Source of the DNA: Bradymonadales bacterium
Lineage (GTDB): Bacteria; Bdellovibrionota; UBA2394
Length of the DNA stretch: 39,618 nt
Reading direction: 5' to 3'
NCBI GenBank assembly: GCA_007693605.1
Contig: REDG01000018.1
Coordinates: 1 to 39,618, forward strand
The notes under the pieces were generated by a model. It was not told the origin of the DNA. It searched no databases and worked only from the letters and a program-made list of their open reading frames with translations. This document shows, in pieces, positions 1-7,799 of this stretch. A program made the translations under genes and the position numbers. Within the stretch, counting starts at the first letter, position 1. Each line of letters begins with the position of its first letter.

Positions 1-2
1 GG

Positions 3-473
3 CTGTTCGAAGAGGTCAGAACCAATCGGGGCCTAGCCTATAGTGTATCTGCACGGCCTGGAAACAGTCGGGTGAATACAGGAAGTCTATTTGTTTTTTC
101 GATCGACATTGCCCAAGCCGTGGCCGTCATGTTTGAGGAAGTAAAGAAGATGAAGGAACAAAAGGTGGAGCAAGACGAGATCGATCTTCAGATTAAGAAG
201 TATTTGTCTTCTTGGTATATGGGGCGAGAAACTCGATCCCAACAATCGAATATCCTCGCCTTCTACGAGCTGATGGGAATCGGCTGGGAGAATTCTGGAA
301 GCTTCATTCATCGGCTTCAAAGAGTTGATGCAGATGCCATTCAGCGCGCCATGACCAAGCACCTCAGAGACATGAGCGTCGCCGTTGTGGGCCAAGTAAA
401 GCCTGATATCAGCCCGATTCTTCGAAAGCATCAGGCGCTCTCATCAGCCCCACCGGAAGCATCGACCGAGTGA
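3..473 (+). CDS. M16 (insulinase/pitrilysin-family) peptidase, C-terminal part, 5'-truncated by window edge
   Basis: The frame is open from position 3 and reads LFEEVRTNRGLAYSV, the R-x-x-x-GLAY motif of M16 C-terminal domains. It ends with the typical 'IQRAMTKHL...VAVVG' tail. Confidence 0.85.
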   Translation: MFEEVRTNRGLAYSVSARPGNSRVNTGSLFVFSIDIAQAVAVMFEEVKKMKEQKVEQDEIDLQIKKYLSSWYMGRETRSQQSNILAFYELMGIGWENSGSFIHRLQRVDADAIQRAMTKHLRDMSVAVVGQVKPDISPILRKHQALSSAPPEASTE

Positions 474-531
474 ATGTCTAGAAGGGAGTTCTAGGAATTT
501 CTCATCTTCGTGTGAAAAACTCTCCCGAGCT

Positions 532-1815
532 TCATTCTACGACTTCTATCAATTCATGCTCCAAAAGAGACTCTATGATTGGAAGCGACTCGATCAGATC
601 GGCACCAATTTTATCGCAGACTTCAATAAGGTCTCGCTTACCATCAAAGTAGGCGAGCAGATTCATCAAAGTTCGGGTATTCGAGGCACTGCCTTTTTTT
701 GACAAGCTTGGGTACAGGCCCCGAGAACTCAGATGGGGCTCACAGGGCCCCCTTCTTCGGTAGTGAGTATTGGCCTCTAAGGCCATGATGCACTTTTTGT
801 AGGCTTCAAAGCTTCCTTCTAGGCCAGAGGGACTCACCACAGAGAGATTGTCTAAAGAGCTGTGGTACTCTGGATACTGGCCATACTTTGTTCGCATGAT
901 CGAACAAACCGGGAGATCCACCCCTGGACTGCAGTACTGGCGCTCATCACTCCCCCTCTCAAGAAAGCTATAAGTTTTGTAAGATGGGTGATGGTATTGA
1001 AGAACATGCCTAGCGGCTCGATCTGCAAGACTGTCCTCAGCTCGACTCGACAGATAGGAATAATCGCGATCGTCTCCCACACAGGTCACCACAAATCCTG
1101 CCTTGAGATTCTTTTGAAGTTGCGGCAGGTTTTGGCTGAGATAAGCGATGGATCCGATGGTCTCGGGAGCGAAGAGGAAGCGATAGCTGAACCTACGCCT
1201 CTCTAGCTGCGAGACCCACTGTGCGAGAGCAGTGGTCACCACAATTCCAGAGCTTTCATTGTTAGCCATCATGGGATGACAGATGTAGGTCGAAAAGAGA
1301 ATCTCATCTTCAGTCTCCCCTTCGACGAAAAGCTCTCCGACTCTTAAAACTCCTGGAATGAACCGGCTTTCGATGAGCGCCCGATATTTTCCTGGCACCA
1401 GTTTCAATCTCTGATCATGAGTCAGACAAAAGCCCCACCTTGGTTGGTAGTAAGAAGTCACATAGGGAATCGCAGAAGGCTGTTCTGGCAGGGAGTGGAG
1501 ATGAGTTTGAAGCTCATCTAAACTGAGCGACTGATCGACCGGAATGGAATAGCCCACCAAATGAAGGGCATGATTCTCGTAGTCAAGGATCCGCACCCCC
1601 GACCCATCTTCTAGAAATGCACTTTCGACATGCCACTCTGGGGGAATCGTCCAGTCGAAAACCTTCTGTCCACTCGGAAACTCATGCGTCTTGAGATTCG
1701 GCAACTTTCCCTTGAGGAACTCTAGCGTCTGAATCGTCCCAGGCGAAGAGAGGCTTCGTCGGTGGGGATAGACCTCCGACACCCATTGATAGAGCGTTTC
1801 ACCAATGCCTGTCAT
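532..1815 (-). CDS. DUF4910/DUF2172 aminopeptidase-like protein with C-terminal wHTH (glycan-cluster associated)
   Basis: Family motifs: FDWTIPPEW, LHLVGYS, AIPYVTSYY...WGFCL, STYICHPMMANNESSG, GSDERQYCSPG, YPEYHSSLDNL, EPHLSSRGLYP. Confidence 0.9.
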   Translation of the reverse strand: MTGIGETLYQWVSEVYPHRRSLSSPGTIQTLEFLKGKLPNLKTHEFPSGQKVFDWTIPPEWHVESAFLEDGSGVRILDYENHALHLVGYSIPVDQSLSLDELQTHLHSLPEQPSAIPYVTSYYQPRWGFCLTHDQRLKLVPGKYRALIESRFIPGVLRVGELFVEGETEDEILFSTYICHPMMANNESSGIVVTTALAQWVSQLERRRFSYRFLFAPETIGSIAYLSQNLPQLQKNLKAGFVVTCVGDDRDYSYLSSRAEDSLADRAARHVLQYHHPSYKTYSFLERGSDERQYCSPGVDLPVCSIMRTKYGQYPEYHSSLDNLSVVSPSGLEGSFEAYKKCIMALEANTHYRRRGPCEPHLSSRGLYPSLSKKGSASNTRTLMNLLAYFDGKRDLIEVCDKIGADLIESLPIIESLLEHELIEVVE

Positions 1816-2489
1816 TTGATTGCAATGAGTTGATAGGCCTCACTCAAAATCTGATCGTGCTCATCTCTAGATTGCATTTTGGTGATGGTCACTTCGTTGA
1901 AAGAACTGGTCAGTTGTCGTAAATCTTGAGCCGTAAAAAAAGAGGTGAGCCCGACAGTTTTAAAATAGCCATCCGTGAAATGATCAAAACACTTTGACGA
2001 AACCTCTTTGCCGAACTTTTTCCCAGGATGAAGATCGCCATACAGCGTAAAGGCAATAAACTGACCGTCTGGCTTCAGGCATCGATGAATTTCTGAAACA
2101 GCTTTTGCAATAGAGTCGTAGGAGTTTTGGGTCAGCGCACCACGGTCGATGATCATATCAAAGTGTTCACTGGGAAAGTCGAGCTTGACTAAGTCAGACA
2201 CGCTTAGTTCTGCAGCGAGAGACTCCTTCGCCAACCGATTCTTTGCATATTCAATCGCCGACTCTGAAAAGTCTGATCCGAACGCACGAAAGCCTTCTTT
2301 GGCGAGAAACCAAATATTATTTCCTGCGCCACAACCAACCTCCAAGATCTTTAGTTTTGATCGATCCTTTCCAGAGCTAAGCCGCATCACCGTCGACACG
2401 AGATCCGAATGCGGCCAGTGATTCAACTGCTTCCCCTTCGAATAGATGTCGGCTTCCCAACTGACGCTTGAATTTCTCAGGCTCTCCAT
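1812..2489 (-). CDS. class I SAM-dependent methyltransferase
   Basis: Motif I ILEVGCGAG, then GSDFSESAI, FDMIIDRG and LKPDG. Overlaps the downstream gene by 4 nt. Confidence 0.9.
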   Translation of the reverse strand: MESLRNSSVSWEADIYSKGKQLNHWPHSDLVSTVMRLSSGKDRSKLKILEVGCGAGNNIWFLAKEGFRAFGSDFSESAIEYAKNRLAKESLAAELSVSDLVKLDFPSEHFDMIIDRGALTQNSYDSIAKAVSEIHRCLKPDGQFIAFTLYGDLHPGKKFGKEVSSKCFDHFTDGYFKTVGLTSFFTAQDLRQLTSSFNEVTITKMQSRDEHDQILSEAYQLIAIK

Positions 2490-2510
2490 AAAGGCCCTCC
2501 TCAGCTCAGT

Positions 2511-3482
2511 CTATTCACTTTTCTCAGAATACTCGACTTGAAAATGCAGACTGGGGCGCGATCCATAGCTATGTTTGTCATCCCCCCGGTTGGGGCTATT
2601 GGCGCCATTAAAGTCGTAGCGCAGGCAACCCCTACTCTTTGCCCCCAAAATAGATTGGGTCACCGTCCAAGGCCCAAGCCCGGTCTTTCGCGAGTCTTCG
2701 TGCAAAAGGTTCAGAACCATATGGGCCGAGAAAGGGTCATAAAGCAGAAGAACGGCCGAAACGCATTCTCCCGTCTCTTTCGATCGAAAAGAAAAGACTT
2801 CGGCATGCGGCGTATCGACAAGTTCAGCCAGACGCCCAATCTGTTTTTTTGTAGTCTCTTGAAAGCTCTTGCCTTGCCGCTCCAGAGTCTTCCCGTAGAG
2901 GGCCACAAGTTCTTCGGCCCCTGCCCGATCGGCCAAGAGCCCCCCCAAAAATTTTTCGACCCGACGCAGCTCTCTGCGGCGCAGCTCTCGAAAACCTGAG
3001 ATGATTTCTTGTTCAGTTTGTTGATCGAGCCTGTCGATTAAGGCCGTGTATCGGGGGCGAATCACAAAGCGCTTTAAAGTAGGCTCGTGGTAGTTCCACC
3101 AGTCAAAGGCCCGAACATCGAGAAGCCCAAGCGGCAGGGACGCTCGAACTTCTCGATAGTTTTCGATAAAAGTTCGAATAAAGAGTTCATAAGCACCGCT
3201 TGTTTCTGAGAGGCTGCGGTGCCCTGGCAGATCGTCCATGGATTTCAGCCAAAGAGGCCCCACATAGTAAGTAAATCCCGGAAGCTGAACACGCCCCTCT
3301 GAATTGAGGGTCACGGGCCAAACACATAGAGGCTCATCCCCCTTCGAAACCAACCACCAATCAACACGGGGGGATAAGTTTTCAAGCACCTCTGGAACAA
3401 CAAAAACCGAAAGATAAGGGGAGTTCTCAACGAGGCTTCCAGCCACAACAGAGTCGATTTTATCAATTCGAAAGCGGCTCAC
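2511..3482 (-). CDS. GNAT/FemAB-like acyl- or aminoacyl-transferase
   Basis: Two-GNAT layout: RYTALID...FRELRRRELRR, then a C-terminal YDFNGANSP...K.SYG motif typical of Fem-like/Acetyltransf_6 proteins. Confidence 0.7.
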   Translation of the reverse strand: MSRFRIDKIDSVVAGSLVENSPYLSVFVVPEVLENLSPRVDWWLVSKGDEPLCVWPVTLNSEGRVQLPGFTYYVGPLWLKSMDDLPGHRSLSETSGAYELFIRTFIENYREVRASLPLGLLDVRAFDWWNYHEPTLKRFVIRPRYTALIDRLDQQTEQEIISGFRELRRRELRRVEKFLGGLLADRAGAEELVALYGKTLERQGKSFQETTKKQIGRLAELVDTPHAEVFSFRSKETGECVSAVLLLYDPFSAHMVLNLLHEDSRKTGLGPWTVTQSILGAKSRGCLRYDFNGANSPNRGDDKHSYGSRPSLHFQVEYSEKSE

Positions 3483-3496
3483 CCTTAAGAGGCAGT

Positions 3497-5371
3497 CTAG
3501 AGAGTTTTAGAATGACTGGCAATCTTGCGAACTTGTTCTAAATGTTCTTGGGTCTCAAGTCGACTGCCGTCTGGCTTCACCAGTCTGACCGAGCCCTGAA
3601 TGAGGCGGGTCGAAAAGCGAGTCGCTCCCGGATACTTTGATCTTGAGCCCCAAAGCTGCGGCACCGGCAAAAGACCCAGGCTGAAGATTTGGTGGAATCC
3701 CTCAGGGGAGTAGGGCTCTGAAATCTCTGATTCGATAAACGAGAGTCGAGCCAGAACCTCGGCCTCGATTTCTAAAGAACGATCTCGCACTTCATCCATA
3801 TCGACCAAACTGAGAAGCCCCTCTTTTCTTTTAAAGTCTCGATAAAAGCGAAGGGCGTACTGAGTGATTCGAATGCTCTCATTGATTTCTGAGGGCCTTG
3901 CCAAATGAGAAGCTTCTGTGAAACTCACAACATGGATGATCTCTGGACTGCTGCGATTTTCAGGCTCAATATCATCCATCATCGCTGAAGCTACCGCGAG
4001 TTGCTTTTTCGCCCGTTGAAGGTCGGGAGAGAAATAGTCCAAACCAGCTCGCGGCTGAAGATACACCTTAAAGGACGGCCCCTCCAACTTCCTCACCAGT
4101 CTGATCAAGGCAGAAGCCTTCGCTAGGTCTTGAAGACCTGAGCTGAACTTTGGCGTGTTCAGCATACACTGCAGAACCAAATGACTAAGTCCCTTTTTCT
4201 TTGCTAAACGAGCCGCCAATAGACCGGAAAGAACGAAAGTCGCATCATCTGCTCCGCGAAAGCCGAAGTGATGGGGAATATTTGGCTCATAGGCCTTTCC
4301 AAAGCGGGCCACGAGATCGAGAGTCTCGAAATGCATTTTCAAATTCGAGAGCAGATCGAGGGGACCCCTTCCGTCTATCTCACAGAACCACCACAGAGAG
4401 AAGGTGTGCCAAGCGTTGGATAAACAGCGCTCATAGATCTCCGCCAACTCAGGCATTTTGCTTGTTCCTGCGTAAGTTCTAACGAGCAGGGGTCGAGCCG
4501 CCTCCCAGCATCTTTCAAACTCCTCTTCTGAGTGGATGGGAACGCCTCCCCCATTTGGCAGGCCAGTCCAATCTTCCCCAAACTTCTCTTGGGTGAGTTG
4601 AGAGCTCCCAATCGACACAATGTCTAAAAATCTTTCTCGACCGAGCTCTTGAAGCCAAAGGACAAACTCCTCGATGGCCGCCTTTCGGTTCGCTTGATAC
4701 GGCCCTGCATGTGCCCTTGTGAGCGGCTGAAGATTCAAGCGAAGGGAATGCTCAACGCGCCGAGTAAGAAGATCCTTTCTAGTTCCATATCCCGGATATC
4801 CGGATCGATCGACTGGCTTTTCTTCTTCATATTTTTGTCGTTCGACTTCTGGCGACAATAGGTCGAAGAGCTTGCTTTCGAACTCAAGTTCGCACTGAAG
4901 ATAGTCTGGCTGATCCTCTCTGGGAACTCCTAGCTTTTTAAGCGTCTCGCTGGCGTCTTCATCTCCTCGAAAAACCTGCACTCGCGAGCCAAAACTTCTA
5001 GCTACCCGCTCGCAAGCAGCCGGAAGGCCTGCAAAATAAACATTTCGAATGCTGCCCTTTGGAAACAGAAGCTGTGATTTTTCAAGTTGATAGTAAAGTC
5101 TTCCGAAGATTTCTGCGCCGGCCTTAGCATCCAGTCGGTAGCTAAAGCCCAAATGGGTCACCCGATGATCGCGAAACCAGGCGCGAAGCTTTTCAAAAGC
5201 TCCTGCTCGGTCGGGATGATTGGCGGCGGCACAGATCAACTCGTCTGCAATAACAACTTTGACTCCACAGTCTTCGAGAAGCTGCTGAAGGTAGCTGATG
5301 CCAAGCGTATGAATATCAATGCCCGGACGGACAAGGCCAAAAACATCGTTCTGTCGGATATGCTGGTTCAT
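3497..5371 (-). CDS. cobalamin-binding (DxHxxG) domain fused to a mutase-like TIM-barrel domain
   Basis: N-terminal DIHTLG (DxHxxG), LGFSYRL and YFAG fit a base-off/His-on B12 Rossmann domain. The C-terminal part (PLTRAHAG, NGGGVPI, QPRAGLDYFSPD) loosely recalls glutamate-mutase E subunit. ATG 5371 is preferred because a promoter lies at 5398-5426. Confidence 0.7.
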   Translation of the reverse strand: MNQHIRQNDVFGLVRPGIDIHTLGISYLQQLLEDCGVKVVIADELICAAANHPDRAGAFEKLRAWFRDHRVTHLGFSYRLDAKAGAEIFGRLYYQLEKSQLLFPKGSIRNVYFAGLPAACERVARSFGSRVQVFRGDEDASETLKKLGVPREDQPDYLQCELEFESKLFDLLSPEVERQKYEEEKPVDRSGYPGYGTRKDLLTRRVEHSLRLNLQPLTRAHAGPYQANRKAAIEEFVLWLQELGRERFLDIVSIGSSQLTQEKFGEDWTGLPNGGGVPIHSEEEFERCWEAARPLLVRTYAGTSKMPELAEIYERCLSNAWHTFSLWWFCEIDGRGPLDLLSNLKMHFETLDLVARFGKAYEPNIPHHFGFRGADDATFVLSGLLAARLAKKKGLSHLVLQCMLNTPKFSSGLQDLAKASALIRLVRKLEGPSFKVYLQPRAGLDYFSPDLQRAKKQLAVASAMMDDIEPENRSSPEIIHVVSFTEASHLARPSEINESIRITQYALRFYRDFKRKEGLLSLVDMDEVRDRSLEIEAEVLARLSFIESEISEPYSPEGFHQIFSLGLLPVPQLWGSRSKYPGATRFSTRLIQGSVRLVKPDGSRLETQEHLEQVRKIASHSKTL

Positions 5372-5397
5372 ATACCAAAGGCCAATCTGCTCTAGCC

Positions 5398-5426
5398 AGT
5401 CTAGGAAAGTCAGTAGAAACAAGCAA
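5398..5426 (-). promoter_or_regulatory. putative sigma70 promoter of the B12/GNAT/MTase/DUF4910 operon
   Basis: Minus strand TTGCTT-N17-TAGACT, 26 nt upstream of ATG 5371. Confidence 0.55.
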
Positions 5427-5483
5427 ATTTTCTATCCCAAGTCCTAGTGGTCCCATCGAGGCTGTTCGTTTGAGTCAACTCGA

Positions 5484-5514
5484 CCGAAGCAGATGGGTCC
5501 TTAGCGCCAGTCCC
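5484..5514 (+). repeat. repeat-family right-end fragment (copy 1)
   Basis: CCGAAGCAGATGGGTCCTTAGCGCCAGTCCC, nearly identical to 7766-7796. Confidence 0.85.
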
Positions 5515-5596
5515 TTCATGGGAAACAATGGCTTGATCCCTTACCGAATGAGCCCCCCTCGACAGTGGCAAAAATGTGAACTAAAGATGCTGGTGA

Positions 5597-6352
5597 ATGA
5601 AACGGCATACTACTGCCCTCGTTGTTCTGCTTGGAATCTGCCTCACTGGCTTTAAATCCCCAGAGCTTCAAGCGGCAAGCTCCTGCGCTCCTCAAATTGA
5701 GCTTCTTTTGGAGAGCTTAAAGACCCGTGGGGCAGCTCTTTTGAGGGTCTTTGATAGGCACGAAGAGCTTGCGAGAAACAGTCATCTGGAGGCCAGTCAG
5801 AATTGGACTTTGGCAACCGGAGTGAGACTTCTGCTTGAAGTGGAGGCAGCAAATGTCACGAGCCACGAGTGGAGTGGGCCTCAGGAACTCCCTCTCAACT
5901 GGAGAGAAGAGGGGGTCCTCATCTCGTTCTCTGAAATAGATTTAGTGACGGACGGAAAAAAACGCTCTCTCTTGGCGGCCGTGAAGCGGCGAGTTTTAGA
6001 CTTGAGTGAGAACTTTCCTGAGGCCGAGAAGTTCTTTAGCTCAGGAAGAGTCGAGGTGGATGTTTTTTTTGTATCCAGATGGAGAACAGAGGAAAGCGAT
6101 AGATCCTATACTTCTAGTGAATATGATTTTGCGGTCAGTCAACCCATGAGCGCAGTAGATTCAGAGGACTCGAACCACTTGTTTCTAGGAGGGCTCTATA
6201 TTAAAAGGCACTCAGAAATCTTTATCCCCCGGCAACCTCAGCAAGTCATCCTTTGGAATTCAGGCAGGCTGATGCATCGTTATGTATTCCGAAACAGTGG
6301 ACTGCATCGGTGGCAGCATGACCTAGTCATCGGCTTTCGCCGCCCCTCTTAA
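5597..6352 (+). CDS. hypothetical secreted protein
   Basis: Sec-type signal peptide MKRHTTALVVLLGICLTG...LQA. No family confidently recognised. Confidence 0.7.
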   Translation: MKRHTTALVVLLGICLTGFKSPELQAASSCAPQIELLLESLKTRGAALLRVFDRHEELARNSHLEASQNWTLATGVRLLLEVEAANVTSHEWSGPQELPLNWREEGVLISFSEIDLVTDGKKRSLLAAVKRRVLDLSENFPEAEKFFSSGRVEVDVFFVSRWRTEESDRSYTSSEYDFAVSQPMSAVDSEDSNHLFLGGLYIKRHSEIFIPRQPQQVILWNSGRLMHRYVFRNSGLHRWQHDLVIGFRRPS

Positions 6353-6369
6353 TCTCTCCATCGACTCAA

Positions 6370-6484
6370 GGAACGACGCAGCCGCCCTGCAACGCGGGAA
6401 AGGAGCGATGCAGCCATCCTCAAACCATGTCGACCGAAGGTCGACCAGAGTGTAGGGGCAGATGGGCCTTTAGCGCCAGTCCCC
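6370..6484 (+). repeat. repeat-family copy 2 (internal module B plus right end)
   Basis: CTGCAACGCGGGAAAGGAGCGATGCAGCCATCC...GTCGACCGAAGGTCGACC...TGTAGGGGCAGATGGGCCTTTAGCGCCAGTCCC aligns with about 27942-28056. Confidence 0.9.
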
Positions 6485-6491
6485 AAAAAGA

Positions 6492-6526
6492 AAAGGGGGA
6501 CTGCCCCCTATTTGCAGTCCCCCTTT
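6492..6526. terminator. hairpin, probable bidirectional intrinsic terminator
   Basis: Perfect 13-bp inverted repeat AAAGGGGGACTGC (6492-6504) / GCAGTCCCCCTTT (6514-6526), with an A-run on the left flank. Confidence 0.7.
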
Positions 6527-6923
6527 GATCATCACTTTCAGTCGTTCGCGATCTCCACAGAGATCTTAGTGATTGTTGCTACCTGAATTGCAGCCAGCCT
6601 GCTCTTGCCCCTCAACAAAAGCTCTGACTCCCTCCCCCTCAATTTCTCCTGATTTCCCCTTTTCACCCAAATCCATAATTCACTGTGACAATCCCTTGCA
6701 GCGGAGTCAATGTAAAAAATACACTGGCCCAAGAAAAGTGTAATTTTTACACAAGAGGCCGATTTTATTCGATTTTCACCACCCCCAATTCCTTTCTCTT
6801 AAGGGGCGACAGCTGTTTGCTTTACTAGGAGTCCGAATCAGAAACGACCTTGGCACGGCACATCCGCCATCAATCAAGCCTCATTTAGGCGAATCCTTGT
6901 CTTCTGGAATGTTTGGGGGGTTC

Positions 6924-6967
6924 TTGACATCCCTTATATATGGCTGTATAACCATATATAAGGGATG
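6924..6967 (+). promoter_or_regulatory. sigma70 promoter with overlapping 16-bp perfect inverted repeat (operator)
   Basis: TTGACA (6924-6929)-N17-TATAAC (6947-6952). Inverted repeat CATCCCTTATATATGG (6928-6943) / CCATATATAAGGGATG (6952-6967). Confidence 0.85.
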
Positions 6968-7264
6968 AAGGCACAGTCGGTCTTTCGAGAAAAAAGGATA
7001 TTAGAGAACCCAAAGACCGGCAAAGTCGCGATTGTGGAGCTTAAGATTTGGAAAGTCCCAAAATCCAAGGCTTATCCCGAGGGGCGCAAGTTCTCCTTGT
7101 TTTTGGTTTCGGAGGGGAAGGTACTTTTTGGAATGAATAATCACAAGCCTAAGGGGCCGCATCTTCATTTCGGAGAGCAGGAACGGCCTTATGGATATCA
7201 AGGGGATGAGCAGTTGCTGGAAGATTTTTGGGAGTTGGCAAGAAAGGCAGGATATCAGCCATGA
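6965..7264 (+). CDS. DUF6516/TumE-family putative toxin
   Basis: 99 aa with IWKVP...YPEGRKFSL...NNHKPKGPHLH...PY...EQLLEDF, the DUF6516 pattern. ATGA overlap with the downstream HTH gene. Confidence 0.75.
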   Translation: MKAQSVFREKRILENPKTGKVAIVELKIWKVPKSKAYPEGRKFSLFLVSEGKVLFGMNNHKPKGPHLHFGEQERPYGYQGDEQLLEDFWELARKAGYQP

Positions 7265-7629
7265 AATTAAAGAGAGTAAGAATTTTAGTGGAGGCCCTTG
7301 AAGAAACGAATGAGCGGTGGTTGAAAGCTCTTTCTGGGAAGGCCAAAACTAAAAAGGGAGAAGAGCTGATTACCGTTTCTAGTTGGGAGATTCTAGGTCG
7401 TGTTCTCTCTCCCCCACGTCTTCAAATTCTAGGAGCCATACCTGCACTGAAACCCAAATCCATTGCAGAACTTGCTCGGTTGATGGAGAAGGATTTTAAA
7501 AATGTATATTCCGATGTGAAGTTCTTGGCCGATTTGGGACTGATTGAGCTCAAAGACATGGGCACTAATCGAAAGCAAATGATTCCGATTGCCAAGTATG
7601 ATGGCATTGAAGTGCTACTAGCCGCATAA
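7261..7629 (+). CDS. wHTH transcriptional regulator / putative antitoxin (HVO_A0114-like)
   Basis: LSPPRLQIL...PKSIAELARLMEKDFKNVYSDVKFLADLGLIEL is the typical partner pattern. ATG 7261 overlaps the toxin stop. Confidence 0.8.
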   Translation: MKLKRVRILVEALEETNERWLKALSGKAKTKKGEELITVSSWEILGRVLSPPRLQILGAIPALKPKSIAELARLMEKDFKNVYSDVKFLADLGLIELKDMGTNRKQMIPIAKYDGIEVLLAA

Positions 7630-7687
7630 GAAGTATACAAAAAATTGTATGCAAAAGCATGCAGAGATACGCCCTTAGCGCTCCGTG

Positions 7688-7796
7688 GGGACTGGCGATA
7701 AGGGTCCAGAAGCGAGCATCGCAGTGTGGTTAAAATGCCACTCGAGAAGCGCAGCGACGCAGACGCCGAAGCAGATGGGCCTTTAGCGCCAGTCCC
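7688..7796 (+). repeat. repeat-family copy 3: short element with both termini and module A
   Basis: Left GGGACTGGCGATAAGGGTCCA and right TGGGCCTTTAGCGCCAGTCCC form imperfect terminal inverted repeats. The internal GCGAGCATCGCAGTGTGGTTAAAATGCCACTCGAG matches 27904-27937. Confidence 0.9.
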
Positions 7797-7799
7797 AGA

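Noticed and set aside
6538..6732. 64-aa minus-strand ORF in the intergenic gap
   Set aside because: TTG start, no RBS and no recognisable motif.
6850..6866. TTGGCAC as a sigma54 -24 box
   Set aside because: No TTGC at the -12 position.
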